Shown piece after piece: positions 39,295-49,271 of a DNA stretch of 64,000 nucleotides. The notes under the pieces are model-generated. The model had not been told where the DNA came from. It did not search any database and saw nothing but the letters and a program-made list of their open reading frames with translations. How positions within the stretch are numbered: the first letter of the stretch is position 1; each line of letters starts with the position of its first letter. The stretch is taken from positions 538,851 through 602,850 of the forward strand of contig JBAZZW010000002.1 of assembly GCA_041658625.1 (NCBI GenBank), written 5' to 3'. Origin of the DNA: Actinomycetota bacterium (GTDB lineage: Bacteria; Actinomycetota; JAHEXW01). Made by a program: the position numbers and the translations under genes.

Positions 39295-40413
39295 CTAGAT
39301 CCCCAAAAGCAATCTTATTTTCAATATTATGAGCCTTGTGAAATCACGCAGCGGCGGCGAACTCTGAACTATCAACAATAGCGTGAAGACAGCCGCCAGG
39401 ATAACCACCAACAGATAGGACGGCTTTACCGTCGCCCGATACAACTTGTTGACGCCCTTGGCGTCGACCAGCGCCGGCCCGATCCGCAACCGGACCAGGA
39501 ACGTACTGGCCATCCCCTTTCGACCTTTGTCCAGGAACTCAACCATATTGGCGTGGCTGCCGACCGCCACGATCAGTTCGGCCCCCTGCTCGTAGGCCAA
39601 CAGCATAGCTATGTCTTCGCTGGTGCCCGGACTCTTAAAAACCAGGTGAGTCAAACCCAGCGTCTCAAGACGCTTGACGCCCGGCGCTCTTCCGTCCGGA
39701 TATGCGTGCACGACAAGTTCTTTGGCGCTCCGCAGCGCTTTCTCGGTGACGCTGTCCATGTCGCCGATTACGACATCCGGGGTATAATTCGCGTCCAGCA
39801 GCGCGTCGGCTCCGCCGTCTACGCCGATAAGCACCGGTTTGAATTCACCTATATACGCCTTAAGCGTTTTTAAGTCCTCTTTGTAATCATAGCCGCGGGC
39901 GACGACCAAAGCGTGGCGGCCCCGAAAACCAACCTTTGTCTCGGGCACCAAAACGCCTTCGAAAAAATGTTTTTCCTTCTCGATGAATTCCAAAGTGTTT
40001 TGGGCAAACTTCTCAAGCTCGTTGCCCATATTGGCCTGGGCTGCCTCCATCGCTTCCTCGACTTTGGCTCTGGTCAGGATAACGCCCCGGCAGACCGCTT
40101 TATGGTTCAGGACGACCGTGTCCTTGCTTATTTGGACTATGTCGCCCTCCTTGATTTGCGACATAGCTTCCTTGCCGACGTTGTCCAGAAGGTATATCCC
40201 GGCGTCGGTCAGGATTAACGGGCCCAGGTTCGGATAACGGCCGCTGATACTCTTGGCCGCGTTCACAACGACGTCGACACGGCTGTCGACCAGACTTTCG
40301 GCTGTGACGCGATCGATGTCCTCATGATCGATAAAAGCGATATCCCCCGGCTTGAGACGCTTCACCAGGTTCTTGGTTTTCTTATCTAATTTCGCCGTCC
40401 CCTTGTACTTCAT
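39295..40413 (-). CDS. steA: putative cytokinetic ring protein SteA-like
   Basis: 372 aa; GDIAFIDHEDIDRVTAESLV...SISGRYPNLGP matches the SteA N-terminal region as I recall it; C-terminal TM helix. Confidence 0.6.
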   Translation of the reverse strand: MKYKGTAKLDKKTKNLVKRLKPGDIAFIDHEDIDRVTAESLVDSRVDVVVNAAKSISGRYPNLGPLILTDAGIYLLDNVGKEAMSQIKEGDIVQISKDTVVLNHKAVCRGVILTRAKVEEAMEAAQANMGNELEKFAQNTLEFIEKEKHFFEGVLVPETKVGFRGRHALVVARGYDYKEDLKTLKAYIGEFKPVLIGVDGGADALLDANYTPDVVIGDMDSVTEKALRSAKELVVHAYPDGRAPGVKRLETLGLTHLVFKSPGTSEDIAMLLAYEQGAELIVAVGSHANMVEFLDKGRKGMASTFLVRLRIGPALVDAKGVNKLYRATVKPSYLLVVILAAVFTLLLIVQSSPPLRDFTRLIILKIRLLLGI

Positions 40414-40443
40414 TACTCTCTGCTCTCCGCTCTTTGCTCTCGG

Positions 40444-41229
40444 CTATTGCCCCGGTTCCGGCGTGTTCACTTGTACGTGAACGTGCGGCGTCGGAGGTTT
40501 CACGTAATCGTCAAGCTCCGAGGCAAAATACGGGCGCCAGTCACGAGGAATCCCCATAACGGTTTTCCCCTGCTTCACCTTATCGCCCGGTTTGACCTTG
40601 ATTTGATCTATATGCAAGAACGCCACCCGGACGTTTGGCAATCCGTCCGGCACCACTTCCACTTGCAGGTCCTCGAATTCTTCGTAGATGACTTTCGATT
40701 CGATTTTTATGACCGTCCCGCTGACCGGGGCCAAAACCGGTGTGCCCGGGTCCATGGCGATGTCGGCCACGGTCGTGCCGTACGCATATTCGCCGCGAGT
40801 CTCCATTATATAATACGTCGGAAGTTGAGCCTTACTATCGAGCGACACGTCTACGTCCGAGCCGTTGTCGTTTATAAGACACTGCCCGATCGGCGTCAGG
40901 GAATAAGCCCGCAAATGGCTTGATTCATGGTACCCGATGCCCCGAATGTTCTTATACGGGGCATATAGGTATAACGTCAGCCCGAGTTCCGGCACGGTCG
41001 CGAACGGTAGAATCAGTTTTGATGTCCGCTTTTTAGCGGTGTCGGTGGCCGTTTCTATGGTGTCTGAGGCCGGCTTGATCGTCATGGCCGATTTGACCGC
41101 TTTGGCGGCCCAGGCGGAACGGGCGACTCTGGTCACCGTCCAGGCTCCGGCAACCAGCGCAAGCACGACGACCGCGCCTAGTGCCCAATACAACGACCAG
41201 ATCCGGAAGTGTTCTCTGACGGGGTTCAT
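40444..41229 (-). CDS. hypothetical membrane-anchored protein (possibly metallopeptidase-like)
   Basis: 261 aa; N-terminal TM helix, extracytoplasmic domain; no confident family. Confidence 0.45.
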   Translation of the reverse strand: MNPVREHFRIWSLYWALGAVVVLALVAGAWTVTRVARSAWAAKAVKSAMTIKPASDTIETATDTAKKRTSKLILPFATVPELGLTLYLYAPYKNIRGIGYHESSHLRAYSLTPIGQCLINDNGSDVDVSLDSKAQLPTYYIMETRGEYAYGTTVADIAMDPGTPVLAPVSGTVIKIESKVIYEEFEDLQVEVVPDGLPNVRVAFLHIDQIKVKPGDKVKQGKTVMGIPRDWRPYFASELDDYVKPPTPHVHVQVNTPEPGQ

Positions 41230-42881
41230 TCGCTTTCTTGGCGCGCGGTTTTCGCGCGCGCGGCGGTTAAGAGTTCTCGCGCATGCTGTTTTGACGTCTC
41301 TGCTGTAGCTTCTCCTCCGGTCAGCATCCTGGCCAGCTCGTTTACCCGGCCTTCCTCGCTAAGAACCTTGACTGAAGTATAGGTCGCGCCGTCCCTCACG
41401 GATTTTGAGACAAATAAATGCGTCCCCCCGTAGGCGGCGATTTGCGGTAGATGGGTAATACAGATTACTTGGTGATTCGCGGAAAGCTGTTTTAATTTGG
41501 CGCCGACCGCCGCGGCGGTTTCCCCGCCGATGCCTGAGTCGATCTCGTCAAAAATCAGAATCGGCACAGGGTCCGCTTGGATGAAAGCGATCTTGAGCGC
41601 CAGCATGATACGTGAGACCTCGCCGCCGGAGGCCACCTTGGCGAGCGGTTTCAGACCTTGCCCCACGTTCGGGCTTAACAGAAACTCGATTCTGTCTTTG
41701 CCGGCTGGGGTCAAATCCAAAGTCTCCCCGAAGCCCACCTTGAACCTGCACCCTTTGAGGTTTAATTCGGCCAGCTCCGCCTCTACCCGTTTTTCCAGGA
41801 CGCCAGCCGCTTGCCGCCTTTTGGCGGTCATGTCCTCGGATAGAGCGTACAGGGACGCTTCCAGCTCGCGCCGGCGCGCGTTTAGCTCGTCCATCCGGGC
41901 GCTGCTATCTTCTATTTTCTCAAGCTCTGCTTTAGCCTTATCTTTGTATTTAAGTACTGCCTCTATCGTGTCGCCGTATTTCTTCTTTAGTATTTTGATG
42001 TACTCGAGCCGGGCCTCCGCTTCGTTTAACCTGGCCGCGTCGTACTGGATGCCGGCGCGATAACCGTATAAATCCCGCGCGATCTCGTCGGCCTCAATGG
42101 CCAGGCTTTCCAGCTTCTCGGCTTGGTTTTTTAGGTTCTCCTCGATCTGGGCGACCGGTTGGATTTCCCTGGCCGCCGTGTTTAAAGCGTCGACTCCTCC
42201 CGCCGTTTCATCCTCGCCCCTTAAGGCTTCAATGGCTCCGGAGACTGCTTTAGCCAGTGTCCCGGCGCTTCTTTGAATCAGCAACTCCTTCTCCAGCGTC
42301 TCGTCCTCGCCCAGTTCAGGCGCTGTCCGCTCGATCTCTTCCACCTGGAAACGCATCAGGTCCAGCTGGCTCAAACGACTGCGCTCGGCCGCCGATATCG
42401 CGTTCAGCTCGTCTTCAATCCCGGAGAACTCCGCGTAAGCCTCTTCGTAATTGGCTCTCACGCCTAACAGCTCTTCCCCGCCAAAACCGTCTAAATAGTT
42501 CAGGTGCGTGGAGACCTTCAAAAGCGCCTGGTGTTCGTGTTGCCCATGAAAATCGACCAGTCCGTCGGCTATTTCGGCGAGCATGCCGACGTTGGCCAAC
42601 TGCCTGTTTATAAAGCACTTGTTCTTGCCGGCGGCGGTCACGGACCGCGCCAGGACCGTCTCCTTGCCGTTTACGTTAATCAACGCCTCTACTTCAGCCT
42701 CGTCACCCGCAGCCCCGATCAAAACGGGGTCGGCCCTTTTTCCCAGAAGCAGATTCATCGCCTCAAGGACGATGGTCTTGCCCGCGCCGGTCTCTCCGGT
42801 CATTATGTTCAGGCCGGCCTCGAACTTTATATGCGCTTCGTCAATCAACGCGAAGTTTTTTATGCGCAGGTCTGTTAGCAT
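41226..42881 (-). CDS. recN: DNA repair protein RecN
   Basis: 551 aa; N-terminal Walker A GETGAGKT, long coiled coil, C-terminal SMC-like signature/Walker B. Confidence 0.9.
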   Translation of the reverse strand: MLTDLRIKNFALIDEAHIKFEAGLNIMTGETGAGKTIVLEAMNLLLGKRADPVLIGAAGDEAEVEALINVNGKETVLARSVTAAGKNKCFINRQLANVGMLAEIADGLVDFHGQHEHQALLKVSTHLNYLDGFGGEELLGVRANYEEAYAEFSGIEDELNAISAAERSRLSQLDLMRFQVEEIERTAPELGEDETLEKELLIQRSAGTLAKAVSGAIEALRGEDETAGGVDALNTAAREIQPVAQIEENLKNQAEKLESLAIEADEIARDLYGYRAGIQYDAARLNEAEARLEYIKILKKKYGDTIEAVLKYKDKAKAELEKIEDSSARMDELNARRRELEASLYALSEDMTAKRRQAAGVLEKRVEAELAELNLKGCRFKVGFGETLDLTPAGKDRIEFLLSPNVGQGLKPLAKVASGGEVSRIMLALKIAFIQADPVPILIFDEIDSGIGGETAAAVGAKLKQLSANHQVICITHLPQIAAYGGTHLFVSKSVRDGATYTSVKVLSEEGRVNELARMLTGGEATAETSKQHARELLTAARAKTARQESE

Positions 42882-43706
42882 TTACTTCTTCTCCAGCGCC
42901 TCATGCGCCTCATCAACAACCTTTTTGATACGAGTCTCGATTTCCAGCTCTTTGCTCTCCGCTCTCCGCTCTCCGCTACTTTGCTTCATCCAGGCCAAGA
43001 ATTCTATGTTCCCCTCGGCCCCGGTCACGGGCGAATAGGTCAATCCCATAAGCCTTAATCCGCGGCCGTTCAAACGCGAAATCACGTCCGCGAGTATCTC
43101 TTCGTGCCGGGAAGCCTCCCTTATTATACCGCCTTTGCCGACCTTGCCTTTACCGGCTTCGAACTGGGGTTTTATTAGAAAAATAAAATCCGCGTCTGGC
43201 TCGCTTAGACTAACCAAAGCCTCCGCGACCGTAACCAAAGATATGAACGACAGATCGGCCGTTATAACCTCGGCTTTGGCGGGCAGGTCTTCGGATGTAA
43301 GGTGACGGACGTTGGTCCTTTCCAGAACCAGCACGCGCGGGTCTTGCCTGAGCTTCCAGGCCAGCTGGCCGTAACCGACGTCTACGGCCATGACGCTGGC
43401 AGCCCCGCGCTCAAGCAGGACTTCGGTGAAGCCTCCCGTTGAGGCGCCGGCGTCCAGAGCGACGCGTCCCTTAACCTCAAGGTCGAAAACATCCAGCGCC
43501 CTGTTTAGTTTGTCCGCGCCTCGCGACACATACGCGTTATCAGGCTCGACATAAACAGAAGCCCGGTTATCCGTAGCGGCTCCGGGCTTATCGGCGATAT
43601 TGTTTTCGATTCTAACCCGCCCGGCCATGATGGCCCGGCGCGCTTTCTCCCTGCTCTCAAAGATGCCCCGCTCGACCAGCAGGGCATCCAGCCTCATCTT
43701 AGTCAT
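42882..43706 (-). CDS. tlyA: TlyA-family rRNA (cytidine-2'-O)-methyltransferase
   Basis: 274 aa; N-terminal S4 domain (RLDALLVERG) and FtsJ-like MTase domain (LDAGASTGGFT). Confidence 0.85.
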   Translation of the reverse strand: MTKMRLDALLVERGIFESREKARRAIMAGRVRIENNIADKPGAATDNRASVYVEPDNAYVSRGADKLNRALDVFDLEVKGRVALDAGASTGGFTEVLLERGAASVMAVDVGYGQLAWKLRQDPRVLVLERTNVRHLTSEDLPAKAEVITADLSFISLVTVAEALVSLSEPDADFIFLIKPQFEAGKGKVGKGGIIREASRHEEILADVISRLNGRGLRLMGLTYSPVTGAEGNIEFLAWMKQSSGERRAESKELEIETRIKKVVDEAHEALEKK

Positions 43707-45678
43707 TCACTCCGTTTATCCTGGACAAAAAGACTTTGCGGATACCTTTCATGAGCCGGCCGTTGCCGCCTGAAGCAACCGCGGCGCGGGGCGTCTGCGC
43801 GTGGATAAAACGCTCCTCGATGGCGTCGGCTATTTTCTTCGGGCTTAAGCCCAGTTTATCCAGGAGTTTGTCGATCGCGCCGTGTTCGATAAAACCATCG
43901 GGCAGGCCCAGCGTCAACGCGTCGACTTCAATACCGCGCTTAGCCAGCGCGCCTAGAACGCTTTCTCCGAAACCCCCGCTTAAAGCGTTTTCCTCGATAG
44001 TTACCAGCAACTTATGGCGGGTGGCGGTCGCGGCGATCAAGTCTTCGTCAATAGGTTTGGCGAATCTGGCGTTGATAATGCTCGCCGAAATACCGCGTTT
44101 GTCTAACAACTCCGCGGCGCGTTTCGCCGCTTCGACCATAGTGCCTATGGCGACTATGGAGACATCATCGCCTTCTTTTTCGATTTGAGCCCTTCCCGGC
44201 TCCAACGGCACGATCGGCCCGGAAATATCGACGCCGATACCGTTGCGCCTCGGATAGCGGATGGCCACCGGGCCGGACAGCTCGAAAGCCGTTTTGAGCA
44301 TCCGCCTTAGTTCGTTTTCATCCTTTGGCGCCATAACGGTCATGCCCGGCACGACTGCCAGATAAGTTAAGTCGAACACGCCGTGATGCGTCGGCCCGTC
44401 CTCGCCGACCACGCCCGCGCGGTCTACAGCCAAGACAACGGGTTGGCCTTGAAGACAGACATCGTGAATCACTTGATCATAAGCGCGCTGTAAGAAGGTG
44501 GAATAGATGGCGGCCACCGGTTTCAGCCCGCCCAGCGCCAGCGCCGAGGCGAAAGCGACCGCATGCTGTTCGGCAATACCTACATCATAGAATCGGTCAG
44601 GAAACTCGTCAGCAAATTTGTCCAAGCCGGTACCACTCTTCATAGCCGCCGTTATGGCGACTATGCTGTCGTCCTCGCGCGCCAGCTCGACTAAGGCCTC
44701 GCCGAAAACCTTGGTGTATGACGGCGGAGTCGACTTGCCCTTGATGGGCTCTCCGGTGGCGATATCGAAAGGAGTAGTCCCGTGAAACTTGTCGGGAAAA
44801 TTCTCGGCCGGTGGGTAGCCCTTGCCTTTCTTGGTGACTACGTGCAGCAAGACCGGCGTATTTAATTCCTTGGCCAGCCTAAGGTTCTTAGCCAGGAGTT
44901 CGATATTGTGTCCGTCGATGGGGCCGACATAGGTGAACCCGAGTTCTTCAAAAATCATACTAGGCACAACCATCTGCTTAATGCTGCTCTTAACATGCTT
45001 CCCGAACTCGTAGACTTTCTCGCCGACACGCGGGATCTTCTTCAAATCGTCCTCAAAACCCTCTTCAGCGCGACGATAGCGGCGATCCAGCCGTATCCTG
45101 CCCAAATAGCTGGCGAAAGCGCCGACGCTCGGGGATATAGACATCTCGTTGTCGTTCAAGACTACCAGGACGTTGCTTTTGATATGGCCGGCGTGATTCA
45201 GCGCCTCGTAAGCCAAGCCCGCTTGAATCGAACCATCGCCGATAACCGCGATGGCCTTCCCTTCCACGCCGCGTTGGCGCATCGCTTCGGCCAAGCCGAC
45301 GGCGAAACTGATGGACGTCGAACTATGCCCGGTGTCGACGATATCGTGCTCGCTTTCGGCCCGTTTCGGAAATCCGCTTATCCCCCCGAACTGGCGGAGG
45401 TTGTCGAACGCGTCATTCCGTCCAGTGATCATTTTATGGACGTAACACTGGTGTCCCACGTCCCAGATGATCTTGTCTTTCGGACTGTCGAAAACGTAGT
45501 GGAGGGCTAAGGTAAGTTCGACGACGCCTAAACTCGGCGCGAGATGCCCGCCGGTCTTGGATACGTCCTCGATCATCTTGGTTCGAATCTCACCGGCCAG
45601 GACATCCAGCTCTTCAGCTGATAGGTCCTTAATGTCGGCGGGGGATTTTACCTTATCCAAAAGTTGTGTGTCGGCCAT
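43699..45678 (-). CDS. dxs: 1-deoxy-D-xylulose-5-phosphate synthase
   Basis: 659 aa; TPP-binding GDG motif region and transketolase-like domains. Confidence 0.9.
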   Translation of the reverse strand: MADTQLLDKVKSPADIKDLSAEELDVLAGEIRTKMIEDVSKTGGHLAPSLGVVELTLALHYVFDSPKDKIIWDVGHQCYVHKMITGRNDAFDNLRQFGGISGFPKRAESEHDIVDTGHSSTSISFAVGLAEAMRQRGVEGKAIAVIGDGSIQAGLAYEALNHAGHIKSNVLVVLNDNEMSISPSVGAFASYLGRIRLDRRYRRAEEGFEDDLKKIPRVGEKVYEFGKHVKSSIKQMVVPSMIFEELGFTYVGPIDGHNIELLAKNLRLAKELNTPVLLHVVTKKGKGYPPAENFPDKFHGTTPFDIATGEPIKGKSTPPSYTKVFGEALVELAREDDSIVAITAAMKSGTGLDKFADEFPDRFYDVGIAEQHAVAFASALALGGLKPVAAIYSTFLQRAYDQVIHDVCLQGQPVVLAVDRAGVVGEDGPTHHGVFDLTYLAVVPGMTVMAPKDENELRRMLKTAFELSGPVAIRYPRRNGIGVDISGPIVPLEPGRAQIEKEGDDVSIVAIGTMVEAAKRAAELLDKRGISASIINARFAKPIDEDLIAATATRHKLLVTIEENALSGGFGESVLGALAKRGIEVDALTLGLPDGFIEHGAIDKLLDKLGLSPKKIADAIEERFIHAQTPRAAVASGGNGRLMKGIRKVFLSRINGVND

Positions 45679-45685
45679 CTTAAGA

Positions 45686-46564
45686 TCAACCTGTTCTTTC
45701 TACCACAAAAGCGGCTAGATTTCTGAGCGGCCCTGTTTCCAAGTCAATATCTTCCACGGCGGCCACGGCGGCTTTAGCCTCCTCGGCGGCCTTTTGCCTG
45801 GCCGCGTCAAGACCCGCTACGGCCGGATACGTCGCCTTATGTTTGGCTCGATCCTGACCCGGCCTTTTTCCTAATTCCTCAACGCTCCCGGTCTCGTCTA
45901 AAATATCGTCTGTAATCTGAAAAGCCAGACCTAAGTGGTTCCCGTATTCGGTCAGCGCATTGAGGTCTTTGTCTCCAGCTCCGGCCAGTATGGCTCCCGC
46001 CCTAACCGAGGCCCGGATCAGCCGGCCGGTTTTGTGGGTGTGGATATATAGAACGGTATCCAGATCTACGTGCCGCCCGGTCGACTCCATGTCGACAAAC
46101 TGTCCGCCGACCATGCCTCCCGGTCCGGCCGCTTCGGCCAGCTCGTTGATTGTCTTTATAATACTACGCTGTTCAGATGCCTTCTGCAACCTGCTTACAA
46201 GGGCAAACGCCTCGGCGAACAGGGCATCTCCGGCCAGAATCGCGATGTCCTCGCTGAATTTCCGATGGCATGTAGGCAGACCCCTTCTTAAGTCATCGTT
46301 ATCGATAGCCGGTAGGTCGTCATGAATGAGCGAGTATGTGTGGATATACTCGATCGCGCAAGCGGTTGGCATGACCGACTCGCCCTCGGCGCCGCAGGCT
46401 TCGGCTGCCAGGATGGTGAGTATGGGCCGGAATCTTTTGCCTCCGGCAAAAAGGCTGTAGCGCATAGCGCGATAGATTATCTCAGGGTAGGTATCGGCCG
46501 GCGGAAAGAAGGTTTCCAGCGCTTCCTCAACCAGCTCGCGTATATCATCCGGGTATCGGGGCAT
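45686..46564 (-). CDS. ispA: polyprenyl (farnesyl/geranyl) diphosphate synthase
   Basis: 292 aa; first Asp-rich motif LIHDDLPAIDNDDLRRG and second FQITDDILD. Confidence 0.85.
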   Translation of the reverse strand: MPRYPDDIRELVEEALETFFPPADTYPEIIYRAMRYSLFAGGKRFRPILTILAAEACGAEGESVMPTACAIEYIHTYSLIHDDLPAIDNDDLRRGLPTCHRKFSEDIAILAGDALFAEAFALVSRLQKASEQRSIIKTINELAEAAGPGGMVGGQFVDMESTGRHVDLDTVLYIHTHKTGRLIRASVRAGAILAGAGDKDLNALTEYGNHLGLAFQITDDILDETGSVEELGKRPGQDRAKHKATYPAVAGLDAARQKAAEEAKAAVAAVEDIDLETGPLRNLAAFVVERTG

Positions 46565-46570
46565 TAAAAT

Positions 46571-46711
46571 TTAAGCGCACTCCCCGGCAAGTCTGATGCA
46601 CTCGTCGATCAGTTCGAGCGCTTCGTCGTCGCCGATTTCGCCGGCCTCCAATATGGCCAACTTCTGTCGCAGTTCTTGCATGATGTCTTCGCGCTCGTCC
46701 TTGGCTTTCAT
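46571..46711 (-). CDS. small ORF (46 aa) translationally coupled to nusB; possibly a short XseB-like protein (uncertain)
   Basis: ATGA overlap with nusB stop; translates MKAKDEREDIMQELRQKLAILEAGEIGDDEALELIDECIRLAGECA; below the ORF-track length cutoff. Confidence 0.3.
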   Translation of the reverse strand: MKAKDEREDIMQELRQKLAILEAGEIGDDEALELIDECIRLAGECA

Positions 46712-47121
46712 TTCGCGCCGACCTCCGTATCCTTTACGATATGGCCTAAAATGCCGTTGACGAAACGGCCGGAATCGTCCGTGCTGTACGCGTTCGCCAG
46801 CTCAACCGCCTCGTTAATGGTTACGCTCGCCGGCACGTCGTCTTCGTTCTCCAATTCGTATATGCTCATCCTCAAGATGTTCCGGTCGAGGATAGGCATT
46901 CTGTTCAAAGACCATCTATCCGCGTATTTGTCTATGGTCGCGTCGAGTTTCGGTTTCTCCCTCATAACGCCGTTGATTATCCGTTCGACAAAAGGGCGGA
47001 TGTCCTTGCCCGCCAAAACATCGTTATAACGTTCCAGCGCCACCGCCGGTTCACAGCCTTCGATTTCCAGCCGGTATAAGACTTCGATGATTATCTCGCG
47101 CGCCCGATGCCGGCGGTTCAA
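46708..47121 (-). CDS. nusB: transcription antitermination factor NusB
   Basis: 137 aa; NusB-like helical protein beginning MNRRHRAREIIIEVLY. Confidence 0.85.
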   Translation of the reverse strand: MNRRHRAREIIIEVLYRLEIEGCEPAVALERYNDVLAGKDIRPFVERIINGVMREKPKLDATIDKYADRWSLNRMPILDRNILRMSIYELENEDDVPASVTINEAVELANAYSTDDSGRFVNGILGHIVKDTEVGAK

Positions 47122-47124
47122 AAT

Positions 47125-47427
47125 CTATTCCCCGCTAAAGTCGAGGCGTTCGATCATGATATTGACTTCCTCGACTTTTGCCCCGGTCATGCAGTTTACA
47201 TCGTTTGAGACAGCTTTTTGGGCCACCTCGGCAACTTCGGGGTAGACCGTATTATGGTGGACGACTAAGTTGATATCGAATGTCAGCGCGTCGTTCTTGG
47301 GGGTGATTGTTATGGATTTAATCTGGGAGACGCCGCTAACGCGCCCAATGCTCTCCCTGACCATTCTCTCCAGCGCGCTGCCGGCGATCTGTATCTCGCC
47401 GATCGTAATCTCGTCGGTATCGGCCAT
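47125..47427 (-). CDS. Asp23/Gls24-family envelope stress response protein
   Basis: 100 aa; typical position between accC and nusB. Confidence 0.8.
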   Translation of the reverse strand: MADTDEITIGEIQIAGSALERMVRESIGRVSGVSQIKSITITPKNDALTFDINLVVHHNTVYPEVAEVAQKAVSNDVNCMTGAKVEEVNIMIERLDFSGE

Positions 47428-47429
47428 CT

Positions 47430-48776
47430 TTACGCCCCCTTATAATTCTCTTCCACAAAATTAGTGTACGCTTTCCCAGTCAGGAATTCACGGTTCGTTA
47501 GGATCCATTTGTGAAACGGGATGGTTGTTTTAAGCCCGTCGATGCGCAGCTCGTCAAGCGCCCGCAAACCCCGGGCGACCGCTTCGTCCCGGTCTCGGCC
47601 CCAGACGATGAGCTTCGCCAGCATCGAGTCGTACTGCGCGGGCACTTTATATCCCGAGTACAGGTGGGTGTCGACGCGAACGCCCGGTCCACCCGGCGGG
47701 CTGTAAAAGTCTACCGTGCCTCCGGCGGGCTTAAACCCGTTCTCGGCGTCTTCGGCGTTAATCCTGAACTCTATGGCGTGGCCCTTTAGCTCTATATCCC
47801 GCTGCGACACCGACAATGTCTGCCCGGCCGCTATGCGCAATTGTTCTTTGATTATATCCACGCCTGACACCATTTCGGTCACGGAGTGCTCAACCTGCAC
47901 GCGCGTATTGGCCTCTATGAAATAGAAATCTCCGTGCGGATCTACCAGGAACTCGATCGTTCCCGCCCCGACATAGTCGGCCACCCTGGCGGCCTTTATG
48001 GCGATCTTTCCCATCGTGTTCCTCAACCTGTCTTCAATATACGGACAAGGCGCTTCCTCCAGAAGTTTCTGATGACGCCTTTGAATGCTGCAGTCGCGGT
48101 CCCCGACGTGAACGATATTGCCGTGCTCGTCGGCGAGTATCTGAAATTCAATATGACGGGGTTCCAGGATATATTTCTCGATATATACGTCCGGGTTGCT
48201 GAAATACGCGCCGGCCTCGGCCTGGGCTGTCTGGAGCGCCTGCCTGAGTTCTTTGTCCGTATAACAGATGCGCATGCCGCGCCCGCCGCCGCCGCCCGCC
48301 GCTTTAACGATAACCGGGTAGCCGGCTCCAGCGGCGAACGAGAGCGCGTGTCGTTCTTTCTCGACAGCCTCGCCCGTTCCGGGGATTACGGGTATCCCGG
48401 CCTTCGCCATTATGGAGCGCGCCGATACCTTGTCACCCAAGGTATCTATGACCTTATGGGACGGACCGATAAAGGTGATGCCGCAGGTCGCGCAGACGTC
48501 GCTGAACTTCGCGTTTTCCGACAGGAAGCCGTAGCCCGGGTGGATAGCGTCTACGCCGGTGACTTCGGCGGCGCTAATAATATTCGGGATGTTCAAATAA
48601 CTCTTGTCGGCCGGAGGAGGCCCGATACAAACCGCGACGTCAGCCTCGGTTACGTGCAGAGAATACTTGTCGGCTTCCGAGTAGACGGCGACGGATTCGA
48701 TACCCATCTCGCGGCAAGCCCTTATTATTCTGACGGCGATTTCGCCCCGGTTGGCGATAAGGATACGTTTAAACAC
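47430..48776 (-). CDS. accC: acetyl-CoA carboxylase, biotin carboxylase subunit
   Basis: 448 aa; MFKRILIANRGEIAVRIIRACREMGI N-terminus and ATP-grasp motifs. Confidence 0.9.
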   Translation of the reverse strand: MFKRILIANRGEIAVRIIRACREMGIESVAVYSEADKYSLHVTEADVAVCIGPPPADKSYLNIPNIISAAEVTGVDAIHPGYGFLSENAKFSDVCATCGITFIGPSHKVIDTLGDKVSARSIMAKAGIPVIPGTGEAVEKERHALSFAAGAGYPVIVKAAGGGGGRGMRICYTDKELRQALQTAQAEAGAYFSNPDVYIEKYILEPRHIEFQILADEHGNIVHVGDRDCSIQRRHQKLLEEAPCPYIEDRLRNTMGKIAIKAARVADYVGAGTIEFLVDPHGDFYFIEANTRVQVEHSVTEMVSGVDIIKEQLRIAAGQTLSVSQRDIELKGHAIEFRINAEDAENGFKPAGGTVDFYSPPGGPGVRVDTHLYSGYKVPAQYDSMLAKLIVWGRDRDEAVARGLRALDELRIDGLKTTIPFHKWILTNREFLTGKAYTNFVEENYKGA

Positions 48777-48798
48777 GCTTTTTGTTTCTCCCGGTCTG

Positions 48799-49263
48799 CT
48801 AGGTGACCGGCTCGTAGAAAAACAAAGGCTGGCCGAATTCTACGGCTTCCCCGTTCTCGGCGGAGATCTTGACGATTCTTCCCTTTTCCTCGGCTTGGAT
48901 TTCGTTCATGAGTTTCATCGCCTCGATAACGCAAAGGGTTTGTCCCTTGTCGAAGACGTCTCCTTCCTCGACAAAAAAGTCCGCGTCCGGCGAGGGCGAG
49001 CGATAGAACGTTCCCACCATCGGGCTGTCGATCTTGCAGTAAGAAGCCTCAAGCTTCTGCAGTTCTTTATCTTCCGCGTGGCCGGGGATGTCCATCGCGG
49101 GTGGCGAACTTAACCCGACGGCAGGCGCCGTCCCACCCTCGACAATGGTGATATCGCCCCGGCGGACCGTTATCTTAACGCCCTTCTCCTCCACCGTGAC
49201 TTCGCTTAAATCATTGTTTTTTAGTATTTTTATTAGTTCATCAATCTTCTTTTTGTCCATCAA
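48799..49263 (-). CDS. accB: acetyl-CoA carboxylase, biotin carboxyl carrier protein
   Basis: 154 aa; biotinylation motif EAMKLMN. Confidence 0.85.
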   Translation of the reverse strand: MMDKKKIDELIKILKNNDLSEVTVEEKGVKITVRRGDITIVEGGTAPAVGLSSPPAMDIPGHAEDKELQKLEASYCKIDSPMVGTFYRSPSPDADFFVEEGDVFDKGQTLCVIEAMKLMNEIQAEEKGRIVKISAENGEAVEFGQPLFFYEPVT

Positions 49264-49271
49264 GCCCCTCG

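Noticed and set aside
47886-48806. 306-aa plus-strand ORF
   Set aside because: Lies entirely antisense within accC (strong biotin carboxylase homology on minus strand); Arg/Gly-rich translation typical of antisense frames in GC-rich genes.
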